Shown one piece after another: positions 35,774 to 50,275 of a DNA stretch of 64,000 bases. The notes beneath the pieces are model-generated. The model saw only the letters and a list, made by a program, of their open reading frames with translations. It was not told the DNA's origin and made no database searches. Made by a program: the position numbers and the translations under genes. The DNA is from Pristiophorus japonicus (taxonomy: Eukaryota), in NCBI RefSeq assembly GCF_044704955.1, contig NC_091999.1, forward strand, positions 25,916,001 to 25,980,000. The letters are read 5' to 3'. Every line of letters starts with the position of its first letter. The first letter of the stretch is position 1.

Positions 35774-38700
35774 CCCTGCAAGCCATTTGGGACCCCGGCC
35801 ATAGTTTAGCACAAACACTTTGTCCCCTATTTCATTCCACCTCCCCTTCGAATTTCGGTCATGGTACTCAGTTACCTTTTGCCACATAGCCTCAATAATT
35901 TCATGCATGTCTGGGAGGTCTTTAAGGTTCGTTTCATCAATAGTTGCATGGGGGGAACCCCAGTCAACGAATGCGGACAAGATCTGTATGCCAGCAGCAG
36001 TTGTGACAGGCGGCTCTACAGCGTGGGAAATTGGATTATGAGCATGCCTTGTTTAATGATCTGCACTGCTCGCTCTGCCTGGCCATTGGAGTCCGGCTTG
36101 AAATGTGCCGTCGTGAAAGGTGCCGTCATAACATGATTTATACCATGGTCAACTGTAAAATTGTGAAATTCTGCGCTAGTGAAGCACGAACCATTATCAC
36201 TGACCAATATGTCAGGAATGCCGTGCGTTGCAAACATGGTTCTAAAGCTCTCCACAGTGGTGGAGGTGGTGCTCGATTTTAAAATGGTGCACTCGATCCA
36301 TTTTGAAAATGTATCAACGACTGCAAGGAACATTTTGCCCATGAATGGGCCTGTATACTCTACATGTACCCGCGACCACAGTTTGGTGGGCCAGGGGCTT
36401 AGGGGGGCCTTCCTGGGGGCATGACTAAGTTGGGCACAAATGGTGCACCGACGGACGCAGAGCTCCAATTCCGCATCAATGCCAGGCCACCAGACATGAG
36501 ATCTGGCTTTGGCCTTCATAAGGACGATCCCCGGGTGCTCGCGATGGAGCTCCTGGACAAACGCCTCCCTGCCTCATAAAGGCATAACTACTCGCCTGCT
36601 CCAGATCAGGCAGTCTGCCTCTAGTGATAGTTCATGCATGCGCCTACGGAAGGGTTTGACCACCTCGGGGCAGGCATCGTGAGCCTCTGCCCAGTCACCG
36701 GTTAAAATGCATCTTTTAACTAGAGATAACGTGGGGTCGCTGGTCGTGCAGGCTCTGATTTGGCGAGCCGTAATGGGCGAACCTGTGGATTCAAAGGCAT
36801 TGATTGACATGACCATCTCACAGTCCTGTTTGTCGGACCCTTCTGTGGTCGCCGGGGTAGCCTGCTAACCATGTCGGCACAGTTGTCTGTGCCTGGTCTG
36901 TGCCTTATCGTGTAGTCGTAAGTCACTGAATGCGCCCCGAGGTGTTGCCGTTGATCGCCTTGCACTCGGATAGTAGGGACGTGAGAGGTTTGTGGTCAGT
37001 TTCTAACGCAAACTTTGCCTCGGAAAGGAATTGGTGCATCTTTTTGACACCGTACATGTACGCGGGCGCCTCCTTCTCAACCATACCGTACGTGCACTCC
37101 GCCCGCGAAAGTGACCTGGAGGCATAAGCAGCGCGCTGCAATTTACCCACATCATTGACATGCTGTAAAACGCACCCGATCCCATATGCTGATGCATCAC
37201 ACGTAAGGACTAACTTTTTACATGTGTCAAAATGGCTAAAACACTCTTGGAACATAGACAGTTGCGTGCCTTATTGAAGCGTCTTGGGCGTCTCCCCAAA
37301 ACCAATTGCACCCCTTTCTGAGTTGCACATGGAGAGGCTCCAGCAGCGTGCTCAAGTTCTGCATAAAGTTCCCAAAGTAATTGAGTAGCCCGAGAAAGGC
37401 ACGCAGTTTCGAGACATTCCGGGGCCTGGGTGCCAGGCGAATCGCTTCGGTTTTGGATTCGGTTGGGCAGATTCCATCAGCGGCAATCCTTCTGCCCAAA
37501 GATTCAACCTCAGGCGTGAAAAACAGACACTTGGATTTCTTAACTCTTAGGCCTACCCGATCCAATCGAGTTAGTACTTCCTCAAAATTGCGGAGGCGAG
37601 GGTAGGTGTCCCTGGCCGTGATGAGTATGTAATCTTGAAACACAACCATCCCCGGGATGGACTTGAGCAGACTTTCCATGTTGCACTGGAATATAGCAGC
37701 TGCCGACCTGATGTCGAAGGAGCATCGATTGCACACAAAAAGGCCTCGATGTGTGTTGATGGTGGTGAGTAGCTTAGACTCTTCGGTCAGTTCTTGCGTC
37801 ATATAAGCAGATGTGAGGTCAAGTTTCGAAAAAAGTTTTCCTCCAGCCAACGTGGCAAATAGGTCCTCCTATCTGGGCAGCGGGTATTGGTCCTGTAGGG
37901 AGACTCTGTTTATGGCAGATTTGTAATCCCCACAGATTCGCACGGATCCATCAGGCTTCATGATGGGGATGATGGGGCTTGCCCAGTCACTGAATTCCAC
38001 GGGAGAAATTATGCCTTCCCGCAGAAGCCGGTCCAGTTCTTTTTCAATCTTTTCCCTCATCACATAAGGCACAGCTCTAGCCTTGTGATGGACCGGTCTG
38101 GCATTCTGTGTGATGTAGATTCTAACTTTAGCCCCTTTGAAGGTGCCCACACCTGGCTGAAAGAGATGTTCAAAACGGCTTAGAACTGTTGAGCAGGAGG
38201 TCCATTCCTCTGACGACATGGCGTGAACATCATCCCATTTTCAATTAAGTTCTGCTAGCCAATTTCTCCCCAACAGGTCTGGGAGATCCCCGGGGACAAT
38301 CCACAGGGAAAGTTGGTGCACCATCCCTTTGTGTGTGAATGAGAGCCTGGCGCTGCCAAGGACTGGGACGATTTCTTTAGTATAGGTCCTTAGTTTGGTG
38401 TCGATCTTTGTGAGTTTTGGTCTGTTACTTTTGTGCAGCCACAGCTGTTCAAATTGTTGAACGCTTATGAGGGATTGACTGGCCCCCGTGTCCAGTTCCA
38501 TGTTGATGGGTATCCCGTTGAGTAGAACCCTCATCATAATTGGAGGCGTCTTGGTGTAAGAACAGTGGACGTTGATCATGTTAACCCGCTGTACCTCGGC
38601 GTCCCGTGCACTGTTCCAACCGTTTTCTGGTCCGCTTTCCGACCTTTCCGATTCGTATACAAGCCGAGCTGCTGTTTTTCTGCACATGCGAGACAGATGC

Positions 38701-39606
38701 CCTGTGTATTTGCAGTTTCTGCAAACGGCATGCTGAAATCGACACCCCCTGGTTGAGTGCCTGCCCCCACATCTCCAACACAGACCGTTTCCATTGTTTC
38801 TGAAGGATGAGCTGCATCTGGCTGATCTCCCTTGAGCTTCTCTCAATCTGTTGTTGATTGCTCGCATTGTGGGTTGATGAGGTGTGATTGGCCGTTCATG
38901 TGGCCCTTGATTTTGATGGCTTCTGGCGCCACTGTCTGCTGTTGAAAGCCTGCTCTCCTGCCTTTGTCTGTATGTGGGGGTAGCGATTTGTTTCACAATC
39001 TGAACCCCTTGTTCTGATGCCTCGTTGGTTGTCGTACCCGAAGTATAGATCAGCCTCCTTTCTTCTTCGCCTGCCAAGAACGTCTGCGCGACCAGTGCTG
39101 CTGCCTCTAGAGTCAAGTTCTTCGTCTCTATAAACTTTTGGAATATGCCTGCGTGGCCTATTCCTTCAATAAATAAGTCTCTCAGTACTTCTCTCCTTAG
39201 TTTATCGGGGAACTCACATGAATTAGCCAGCCTCTGAAGTTCCGCCACAAAGTCGGGTATTCTTTGGCGCACACAGCGTCTGTAGTTGTAGAACCTATGT
39301 CTGGCCATGTGTAGGCTGCTCGCTGGCTTCAGATGGTCTCTCACCAGTGTGCTCAACTCCTCAAACGACTTGCTTGCCGGTTTCTCGGGTGCAGGTCTTT
39401 TATTAAAGCGCATGTTTTCGAGCCACAGCTGGTCAAGAGATGGGCTCTTCTCTTGTCTGCCTTATCGTCGCCCAACCAGTCTTTGGTCACAAAGCTTAGC
39501 TGGAGCCTTTCTATAAAGTCATCCCAATTGTCTCCAGCATTGTATTTCTCATTTGAGCTGTTGGTAGCCATTCTGTGGATTCTGTGATCCTGTAACTCAT
39601 CGCCAC

Positions 39607-39873
39607 TGTTAAGTCCTGACTCTAATGTACTGACTTACACGAGACACAGGCTGAAGTCAAGGTCACTCAGGACCTGCACTTTTAATTCCAGCTCTCCAGT
39701 GCTGCACTTGCCTGAGACCTCCCTTTATATACCACAGTGGGACAGGTATGGAGTGTCTCCTGCAAGTGCACTCCTGGTTGTAAGGTATGCTTATTGTTAC
39801 AGGTCATATCCAATTACTGTCATGTATAGCATGGTAAGATACAGCTATATACAGTAATGTGAGATACATGACA
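39607..39873 (-). repeat. 5' LTR
   Basis: Followed on the minus strand by the PBS and gag ATG (39571). Confidence 0.95.
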
Positions 39874-41914
39874 CTAACCAAGTATTTTTCATGCTCTGTC
39901 TCAACATTCCTAATATCCTTTTTAATTTTACCTCTTAACTTTCTATATTCCGCCAAAGATTCGACAGTATTTAGCCATTGGTGTATGACATAAGCTTCCC
40001 GTTTTTTCTTTACCCTCCCCTGTAAGTCCCTAGACATCCAGCGGGTTCTAGAATTGTTATTCCACCCTTTTTCTTTAAAGTCACATGTTTGGCCTGAGCC
40101 TTCCAGACCTCCTCCTTGAATGTTTCCAACTGTTCCGACACTGATTTACCAACAAGTAGCAGTTTCCAGTCCACTGTGGCCAAATCACTCCTCAACTTAG
40201 CTTTTCCCCAATTTGGGACTTTTATTCGAGGCCTATCCTTGTCCTTATCCATAACTAACTTGAATCTGACTGAATTATGGTCACTGGCACCCAAGTGCTC
40301 TCCCACGAATACACCTTCAACCTGCCCAGCTTCATTCCCCAAAACTAAATCCAAAACCGCCCCCTCTCGTGTTGGGCTTGTTTCATACTGACTAAAAAGT
40401 TCTCTTGAATGCAGTTTAAGAATTCCGTACCCTCTATACCCTTCGCACTATATTTGTCCCAATTAATATTAGGATAGTTAAAATCCCCTACTATTAGTGC
40501 CCTAAGGTTTTTGGACTTCACAGCAATTTCCCGATATATTTGTTACTCTATCTCCCTCTATCTCCCTCCCACTGTTTGGGGGTCTATAATACACGGCCAG
40601 CAGTGTGATCACCCATTTTTTATTTTTAAATTCGATCCATGTGGCCTCATTTGATGATCTCTCTTAACTATCCCTCCTCACCGCTGTAATAAATTCTTTA
40701 ATCAATACCGCGAAACCCTTCTTACCCCCCTCTCTCTCTTGTCTAAAAATCCTGTAACCAGGAGTATTGATCTGCCAAATCTGCCCCTCTTTCAGCCATG
40801 TCTCTGTAATGGCTATAATATAATCCTCCCAAGTATCTACCTGTACTCTTTGCTCATCTGCCTTACTCGCTATACTCCTTGCATTAAAGTATATACCATT
40901 TAGCAAAGGAAGCCCTCCTTGATTGCTACTTACTAACCCTTGTTTCCTCTGTTTTACAGATTCGATTTCTAAATTCTTGCTATCCAATTTCTGCTTTACT
41001 TCCTTCCCTATTGAATGTTTTCTCAGGTTCCAATCCCCCTGCCAAGCTAGTTTAAACTCTCCCCAACAGCACTAGCAAAGCTCCCTGCGAGGTTATTGGT
41101 CCCGGCACTGTTGAGGTGCAACCCGTCCTGTTTGTACAGGTCCCATCTCCCCCAGAAATGGTCCCAATCCCTCAGTAATTTAAAGCCCTCCCTCCTACAC
41201 CAATCCTTCAGCCACGCGTTCATTCTCTCGCTCCTTCTATTCTTGTGCTCATTAGCACGTGGCACTGGTAGTAATTCAGAAATTACTACCTTTGAGGTCC
41301 TACTCATTAATTTTCTTCCTAGCTCCCCAAATTCTGCCTGTAGGACCTCATCCCTGTTTCTACTTATGGTGCTGGTGCTGATATGTACCATGACCTCTAG
41401 CTGTTTACCCTCTTTCCCTCCCCCAGAATTCCCTGCGTCTGCTCTGTCACATCCCTGACCCTGGCACCACGGAGGCACCATACCATTCTGGAGTCACGTC
41501 TGTGGCCGCAGAAACGCCTCTCTGCTCCCCTAACTATAGAATCCCCAATCACTACAGCTCTTTTATTCTTCGTGTTTCTCCCCTGTGCAGCTGAGCCACC
41601 CGTGGTGCCTTGGAATTGGCTCGAGCTGCACACCCCAGAGGCACCATTGCCCTCACCGATGCTCAGATGTGAATATCGGTTTGAAAGTGAGATGGACTCA
41701 CGGGGGCACTCCTGCACTACCTGCCAAGCGTTCTTACTCTGTCTGGTGGTCACCCACTTCCCCGCTGCCTGCACGCTTTTAATCTGTGGGGTGACCATCT
41801 CCTAAAAGGTGCTATCCACGGAGCTCTCAGCCTCGCGGATGCACCGTATTGAGTCCAGCCGCCGCTCATGCTCCGAAACATGGAGCTCGAGTAGTTGAAG
41901 CTGGAGACTCCTCC

Positions 41915-42188
41915 TACAAAGTCACTGACACCAATTTCATCCTGTCTGATAATAAAACCACCCCACAGTGACTGACACCAATCCCCTGCTGTCTGATATA
42001 AACCCACCCCACAGTTACTGACACCAATCCCCTCCTGTCTGATATAAACCCACCACACAGTCACTGACACCAATCCCCTCCTGTCTGAAATAAACCAACC
42101 CCACAGTCACCGACACCAATCCCCTCCTGTCTGAAATAAACCCACCCCACAGTAACTGACACCAATCCCCTCCTGTCTGATATAAACC
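41915..42188. repeat. ~46-bp minisatellite x6
   Basis: cccacagtcactgacaccaatcccctcctgtctgatataaacccacc units. Confidence 0.85.
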
Positions 42189-42369
42189 ATCATCATCAAA
42201 GGCAGTCCCTTGGAGTCGAGGATGACTTGCTTCCACATTACAAATGAGGTCTCAGATGTCTGTTAAGTCCAATGCGGGAGCTACAGTCTCTGTCGCAGGT
42301 TGGACAGACGGTGGTTGAAAGTACGTTGGTTGAAGTGCCGGTTTCTTGAAGTGCTTGGGTTGTCGTGTG

Positions 42370-45300
42370 CTACTTCCGCTGGGACCAATGACACAGGTTG
42401 AAAGAGGGGTGAGGTCCTGCAGGCAGAGTTTACAGAGCCAGGGGAGAGATTAAAAAGCAGGACCTCAAAGCTAGTAATCTCTGGATTACTCCCGATGCCA
42501 CGAGCGAGTGAGTACAGAAATGGGTGGAAAGAGCAGATGAACACGTGGCTGGAGAGATGGTGCAGGCGGGAGGGCGTTAGTTTCCTGAGGCATTGGGACA
42601 GCTTCTGGGGGAGGTGGGACCGGTACAAGCTGAACGGGTTGCACCTCAACAGAGCCGGGACCAATATCTTTGCGGGGGCAGGGGTTGCTAGTGCTGTTGG
42701 GGAGAGTTAAACTAGCCTGCCAGGGGGATGGGAACCTTAGAATAGATTCAGTAGGGAGGGGAGTAAAGCTGGAATTAGAAAGCAAAATTAAAGAAAGTGA
42801 GTTTGAAGGAGAGAGGAAACAAGTGGGGAAAAAAGGGGGAAAAACAATCTTAAAGGCACTTTGTCTAAATGCACGGAGCATTTGCAACAAAATAGATGGG
42901 TTGACGGCACAAATAAATACAAATGGTTATGATCTAATATCTATTACAGAGACATGGTTGCAAGGTGACCAGGTCTGGGAATTAAATATTCAGGGGTACT
43001 TGACAATCCAGAAGGACAGACAGAAAGGAAAAGGAGGTGGGGCAGCTCTATTGATCAAGGATGGAATAATGAGAAACAATATTGGCTCAAATGATAAGGA
43101 TGTTGAAACAGTTTGGGTGGAGATAAGGAATAATAAAGGGAAAAAGTCACTGGTGGGCGTAGTCTATAGGTCGCCTAACAGTAGCAACTGTGTTGGTTGG
43201 AGTATAAACCAGGAAATAGTGGGGGCTTGTAAAAAGGGAACAGCAATAAGCATGGGTGATTTTAACCTCCATATTGATTGGACAAATCAAATTGGTCAGG
43301 GTAGCCTTGAGGAAGAGTTCATAGAGTGCATAAGAGATGGGTTCTTTCAGCAGTATGTAATGGAACCAACCAGGGGGCAGGCTATCTTAGATCTGGTCCT
43401 GTTTAATGAGACAGGATTAATGAACAATCTCCTCGTAAAGGATCCCTTGGAATGAGTGATCAGAGCATGATCTGAATTTCAAATTCAGATGGTGGGTGAG
43501 AAAGCTGGATCTATAACCAGCGTACTAATCTTAAATAAAGGAGACTATGTAGGTATGAGGGCAGAGTTGGCTAAAGTTGGCTGGGAAAATAGATTAAAGT
43601 GTCGGATGTTTGATGAACAGTGGCGTACATTTAAGGAGATATTGCACAACTCTCAAGAAAAATACATTCCAGTGAGGAGAAAAAGGTGTAAAAGAAAAGA
43701 TATCCATCCGTGGCTAACTAAAGAAATAAAGGACGGTATCCAATTAAAAGGGCATACAAAGTAGCCAAAACTAGTGGGAGGACAGAAGATTGGGAACCTT
43801 TTAAAAGCCAGCAAAGAATGTATAACAAATTTAAGAAAGGGAAGATAGACTATGAAAGTAAACTAGCACGAAATATAAAAACAGATAGCAAGAGTTTCGA
43901 AAGGTACATAACAAGGAAAAGAGTGGCTAAAGTAAATGTTGGTCCCTTGGAGGACGAGACCGTGTAATTCGTAATGGGGAACATGGAGATGGCAGAAACT
44001 CTGAACAGATATTTTGTATCGGTCTTTACGGTAGAGGACACAAACAATATTCCAACAGCGGATAGTCAAGGGGCTATAGCGGGGGAGGAACTTAACACAA
44101 TCACAATCACTAAGAAGGTGGTGTTCATTATGATAATGGGACTAAAGGCGGATAAATCCCCTGACCTGATGGCTTGCATCCTAGGGTCTTAAGAGAAGTA
44201 ATGGTAGGGATAGTGGATGCATTGGTTGTAATTTACCAACATATCCTGGATTCTGGGGAGGTCCCAGCAGATTGGAAAACTGCAAATGTAACCATTCTAT
44301 TCAAAAAAGGAGGCAGACAAAAAGCAGGAAACTATAGACCAGTTAGCCTAACATTTGTGTTTGGGAAAATGTTGGAGTCCATCATTAAAGAAGTAGTCGC
44401 AGGACATTTGGAAAAGCACAATTCATTCAGGCAGTCACCATGGATTTATGAAGGGGAAGTCATGTTTGACAAATTTGTTAGAATTCTTGGAGGATGTAAC
44501 AAACAGGGTGGATAAAGGGGAACCAGTGGATGTGATGTATTTGGTCTTCCAGAAGGCATTTGACAAGATGCCACATAAAAAGTTACGCACAAGATAAAGT
44601 ATCACGGGGTTGGGCGTAATATATTAGCATGGATAGAGGATTGGCTAACTAACAGAAAACAGAGTGAGGATAAATAGTTCATTCTCGGGTTGGCAATCGG
44701 TAACTAGTGGGGTGTCGCAGGGATCAGTGCTGGGACCCCTACTATTTACAATCTATTTTAACGATGTGGAAGAAAGGATCGAGTGTAACATGGCCACATT
44801 TGCTGACGATACAAAGATGGGAGGAAAAGCAATATAGAAACATAGAAACATAGAAAATAGATGCAGGAGAAGGCAATTCGGCCCTTCTAGCCTGCACCCC
44901 ATGCAATGAGTTCATGGCTGAACATGCAACTTCAGTACCCCATTCCTGCTTTCTGAACATACCCTTTGATTCCCCTAGTAGTAAGGACTTCATCGAACTC
45001 CTTTTTGAATATATTTAGTGAATTGGCCTCAACAACTTTCTGTGGTAGAGAATTCCACAGGTTCACCACTCTCTGGGTGAAGAAATTCCACCTCATCTCG
45101 GTCCTAAATGGCTTCCCCCTTATCCTTAGACTGTGTCCCCTGGTTCTGGACTTCCCCAACATTGGGAACATTCTTCCTGCATCTAACCTGTCTAACCCCG
45201 TCAGAATTTTAAACATTTCTATGAGGTCCCCTCTCATTCTTCTGAACTCCAGTGAATACAAGCCCAGTTGATCCAATCTTTCTTGATAGGTCAGTCCCGC

Positions 45301-48245
45301 CATCCCGGGAATCAGTCTGGTGAACCTTCGCTGCACTCGCTCAATAGCAAGAATGTCCTTCCTGAGGTTAGGAGACCAAAACTGTACACAATACTCCAGG
45401 TGTGGCCTCATCAAGGCCCTGTACAATTGTAGCAACACCTCCCTGCCCCTGTACTCAAATCCCCTCGCTATGAAGGCCAACATGTCATTAGCTTTCTTAA
45501 CCGCCTGCTGTAACTGCATGCCAACCTTCAATGCCTGATGTACCATGACACCCAGGTCTCTTTGCACCTCCCCTTTTCCTAATCTGTCACCATTCAGGTA
45601 ATAGTCTGTCTCTCTGTTTTTACCACCAAAGTGGATAACCTCACATTTATCCACATTATACTTCATCTGCCATGTATTTGCCCACGCACCTAACCTATCC
45701 AAGTCGCTCTGCAGCCTCATAGCATCCGCCTCGCAGCTCACACTGCCACCCAACTTAGTGTCATCCGCAAATTTTGAGATACTACATTTAATCCCCTCAT
45801 CTAAATCATTAATGTACAGTGTAAACAGCTGGGGCCCCAGCACAGAACCTTGCGGTACCCCATTAGTCACTGCCTGCCATTCTGAAAAGTGCCCATTTAC
45901 TCCTACTCTTTGCTTCCTGTCTGACAACCACTTCTAAATCAATGTCAGCACACTACCCCCAATCCCATGTGCTTTAACTTTGCACATTAATCTCTTGTGT
46001 GAGACCTTGTCGAAAGCCTTCTGAAAGTCCAAATATACTACATCAACTGGTTCTCCCTTGTCCACTTTACTGGAAACATCCTCAAAAAATTCCAGAAGAT
46101 TTGTCAAGCATGATTTCCCTTTCACAATTCCATGCTGACTTGGACCTATCATATTACCTCTTTCCAAATGCACTGCTATGATATCCTTAATAATTGATTC
46201 CATCATTTTACCCACCACCGATGTCAGGCTGACCGGTCTATAATTCCCTGTTTTCTCTCTCCCTCCTTTTTTAAAAAGTGCGGTTACATTGGATACCCTC
46301 CACTCCATAGGAACTGATCCAGAGTCAATGGAATGTTGGAAAATGACTGTCAATGCCTCCGCTATTTCCAAGGCCACCTCCTTAAGTACTCTGGGATGCA
46401 GTCCATCAGGCCCTGGGGATTTATCGGCCTTCAATTCCATCAATTTCCCCAACACAATTTCACGACTAATAAGGATTTCCCTCAGTTCCTCATCCTTACA
46501 AGACCCTCCGACCGCTTTTATATCCGGAAGGTTGTTTGTGTCCTCCTCAGTGAATATCGAACCAAAGTGCTTGTTCAATTGGCCTGCCATTTCTTTGTTC
46601 CCCGTTATGTCTTCCCCTGATTCTGACTGCAGGGGAGCTACATTTGTCTTTACTAACCTTTTTCTCTTTACATATCTATAGAAACTTTTGCAATCCGTTT
46701 AATGTTCCCTGCAAGCTTCTTCTCGTATTCCATTTTCCCTGCCCTCATCAAACCCTTTGTCCTCCTCTTCTGAGTTCTAAATTTCTCCCAGTCCCCGGGT
46801 TCGCTGCTATTTCTGGCCAATTTGTAAGCCACTTCCTTGGCTTTAATGCTATCCCTGATTTCGCTTGATAGCCACGGTTGAGCCACCTTCACTTTTTTAT
46901 TTTTACGCCAGACAGGAATGTACAATTATTGTAGTTCATCCATGCGGTCTCTAAATGTCTGCCATTGCCCATCCACAGTCAACCCCTTTAGTATTATTCG
47001 TCAATCTATCCTAGCCAATTCACTCCTCATACCTTCAAAGTTACCCTTCTTTAAGTTCTGGACCAAGGTCTCTGAATTAACTGTTTCATTCTCCATCCTA
47101 ATGCAGAATTCCACCATATTATGGTCACTCTTCCCCAAGGGGCCTCGCACAACGAGATTGCTAATTAATCCTCTCTCATTACACAACACCCAGTCTAAGA
47201 TGGCCTCCCCGCTAGTTGGTTCCTCGACATTATAGTCTAAAAAACCATCCCTTATGCACTCCAGGAAATCCTCCTCCACCGTATTGCTTCCAGTTTGGTT
47301 AACCCAATCGATGTGCTAATTAAAGTCACCCATTATAACTGCTGCACCTTTATTGCACGCACCCCTAATTTCATGTTTGATGCCCTCCCCAACATCACTA
47401 CTACTGTTTGGAGGTCTGTACACAACTCGCACTAACGTTTTTTGCCCTTTGGTATTCTGCAGCTCTACCCATATAGATTCCACATCATCCAAGCTGATGT
47501 CCTTCCGAACTATTGCCTTAATTTGCTCCGTAACCAGCAATGCTACCCCGCCTCCTTTTCCTTTTATTCTATCTTTCCTGAATGTTGAATACCCCTGTGA
47601 GGAGGACACACAATATCTTCAAAAGGACATGCAGACTAAATTAGCGTGCAAACGTTTGGTAGATGGAGTATAATGTTGGAAAGTGTGAGGTCATGTGCTT
47701 TGGCAGAAAAATTCAAAGAGCAAGTTATTAACTAAATGGAGAAAAATTGCAAAGTTCTGCAGTACAGCGGGACCTGGAGGTACTTGTGCATGAAACACAA
47801 AAGGTTAGTATGCAGGTACAGCAAGTGCTCAGGAAGGCCAATTAAATCTTGGCCTTTATTGCAAAGGGGTTGGAGTATAAAAGCAGGGAAGTCTTGCTAC
47901 AGTTATACAGGATATTGGTGAGGGCACACCTGAAATATTGCGTGCGGTTTTGGTTTCCATATTTACGAAAGGATATTCTTGCTTTGGTGGCAGTTTCTTC
48001 TCGGAGGGTTGTAAATCTGTGGAATTCGCTGCCTCAGAGAGCTGTGGAAGCTGGGTCATTGAATAAAGTTAAGACAGAGATAGACAGTTTATTAACCAAT
48101 AAGGGAATAAGGGTTTATGGGGAGAGGGCAGCGAAGTGGTCCTGAGTTCATGATCGGATCAGCCATGATCGTGTTGGGTTATGAAGCAGGCTCCAGTATG
48201 GCCTACTCCTGCTCCAATTTCTTATGTTCATTTGTTCTTATGTTC
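42370..48245 (+). mobile_element. CR1 LINE (ORF1 end, endonuclease, RT, 3' UTR) split by an antisense CR1
   Basis: CLNARSI..SITETWL..MGDFN (42670-43455); RT to ..DDTKMGGKA at 44833 resumes as CEEDT at 47596. Confidence 0.88.
44834..47595 (-). mobile_element. Young CR1 LINE (~2.76 kb of ORF2 + 3' UTR) nested antisense
   Basis: 331-aa and 218-aa RT ORFs with few lesions; (catagaaa)n tail at ~44834-44856. Confidence 0.93.
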
Positions 48246-48704
48246 GACACTGTCTCATCAGACACTTCCAGGGCAGGTACAGCAAGGGTTAGATATAGAG
48301 TAAAGCTCCCTCTACAATGTCCCATCAAACGCTTAACCTTGCCCATAATGAGCAGGGCTCAGGGAGGTTGGTTGCTAGGTACTGCAGTGATGTCATTAAG
48401 CTAGTTTGAACAGCTAATAGTTATTCCAAACTAACTTAAGCCAGCGTATCTGGCCACACAGAAAAACCTTGTGGGGAGTTGAGAAAGCATCAAGCACTAA
48501 ACAAAGCAGTACATTTAAAGCACCAAGCACTAAACAAAGCACAAAAATAAACATTCAATAACAAATAAAAAATACAAGGAAGCTGAGAGGACCTGCACCT
48601 AGCACCAAGATTTACAAAGCACGAAACAAAGCACAAAAAGTAATGAGCAATTAATTAACAAATAAAAAATAGAAGGAATCCTGCATCTAAAGCACCGAGA
48701 CCAA

Positions 48705-50275
48705 AATAATTGATGGGACTGAAGGCCAATAAATCCCCGGGGACTGATAGTCTGAATTCCAGAGTATTTAAGGAAGTGGCCCGAGAAATAGTGGATGCAT
48801 TGGTGATCATTTTCCAACAGTCTATCGACTCTGGATCAGTTCCTATGGACTGAAGGGTAGCCAATGTAACAGCACTTTTTAAAAAAGGAGGAAGAGAGAA
48901 AACGGGTAATTATAGACCGGTTAGCCTGATATCAGTAGTGGGGAAAATGTTGGAATCAATTATTAAAGATGCATTTGGAAAGCAGTGACAGGATCGGTCC
49001 AAGTCAGCATGGATTTATGAAATGGAAATCATGCTTGACAAACCTAGAATTTTTTGAGGATGTAACTGATAGCGTGGACAAGGGAGAACCAGTGGATGTG
49101 GTGTGTCCAGACTTTCAAAAGGCTTTTTACAATGTCCCACACAAGAAATTGTTGTGCAAAATTAAAGCACATTGTTTGGGGGGTAATGTACTGACATGGA
49201 TAGAGAACTGGTTGGCAGACAGGAAGGAGAGAGTCGGGATAAACGGGTCCTTTTCAGAATGGCAGGCAGTGACTAGTGGAGTGCTGCATGGCTCAGTGCT
49301 GGGACCCCAGCTATTTACAATATACATTAATGATTTAGCTAAAGGAATTGAGTGTAATATCTCCAAGTTTGCAGATGACACTAAGCTAAGTGGCGGTGTG
49401 AGCTGTGAGGAGGGCTAAGAGGCTGCAAGCTGACTTGGACAGGTTAGGTGAGTGGGCAAACGCATGCCAGATGCAGTATAATGTGGATAAATGTGAGGTT
49501 ATCCACTTTAGTGGAAAAACCACAAAGGCAGAATATTATCTGAATGGCAGCAGATTAGGAAAAAGGGAGGTGCAACGAGACCTGGGTGTCAAGGTACATC
49601 AGTCATTGAAAGTTAGCATGCAGGCACAGCAGGCGGTGAAGAAGGCAAATGGTATGTTGCCCTTCAAAGCTCAGGGATTTGAGTATTGGAGCAGGGAGGT
49701 CTTACTGCAGTTGTACAGGGCCTGAGTGAGGCCACACCTGGAATATTTGTTCAGTTTTGGTCTCCTAATCTGAGGAAGGACATTCTTGCTATTGAGGGAT
49801 TGAAGCAAAGGTTCACCAGACTGATTCCTGGGATGGCAGGACTGACATATGAGGAGAGACTGGATCGACTGGGACTGTATTCACTGGAGTTTAGAAGGAT
49901 GAGAGAGGATCTCATAGAAACACATAAAATTATTTCGGGACTGGACAGGTTAGATGCAGGAAGAATGTTCCCGATGTTGGGGAAGTCTAGAACCAGGGGA
50001 CATAAGGGGTAAGCCATTTAGGACTGAGATGAGGATAAACTTCTTCACTCAGAGAGTTGTTAACCTGTAGAATTCTCGACCGCAGAGAGTTGTTGATGAC
50101 AGATCATTGGATACATTCAAGAGGGAGTTAGATATGGCCCTTACGGCTAAAGGGATCAAAGGATATGGAGAGAAAGCAGGAAAGGGGTACTGAGGTGAAT
50201 GATCAGCCATGATCTTATTGAATGGTGGTGCAGGCTCGAATGGCTGACTCCTGCATCTATTTTCTATGTTTCAAT
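48705..50275 (+). mobile_element. CR1 LINE RT + 3' UTR
   Basis: NYRPVSL..SQHGFMK..KFADDTKL..RRMREDLIET. Confidence 0.9.

Larger units (their letters stand above)
34043..39873 (-). mobile_element. Full-length Gypsy (Mag-like) LTR retrotransposon, inactivated
   Basis: LTRs at 39607-39873 and 34043-34308 (TG..CA); 5-bp TSD CTAAC (34038-34042 / 39874-39878); PBS TGGCGATGAG; PPT GGGGGGAGGGTGA; gag with two CCHC knuckles, protease LDTGAS, RT (VFQDY, catalytic D lost), RNase H CDAS, integrase; many stops and frameshifts. Confidence 0.95.
33150..41915 (-). mobile_element. CR1 LINE (ORF1 with SGNH esterase, ORF2 APE endonuclease and start of RT), split by the Gypsy element
   Basis: ORF1 AVVIGDSIVRG..DGLHLN (41047-41798); endonuclease YFNARSI..IAITETWL and LGASDHN (40010-40987); RT GPDEMHPRLL..KAFDKIPH (33283-33903). 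Confidence 0.88.

Noticed and set aside
34551-35804. 417-aa ORF as a host or chimeric gene
   Set aside because: A 5'-truncated CR1 RT with chance in-frame antisense Gypsy flanks.
41915-42188. Tandem RSS-like units (CACAGT..ATATAAACC)
   Set aside because: Spacing is ~25 nt rather than 12 or 23, most heptamers are non-consensus and there are no coding segments; a minisatellite.
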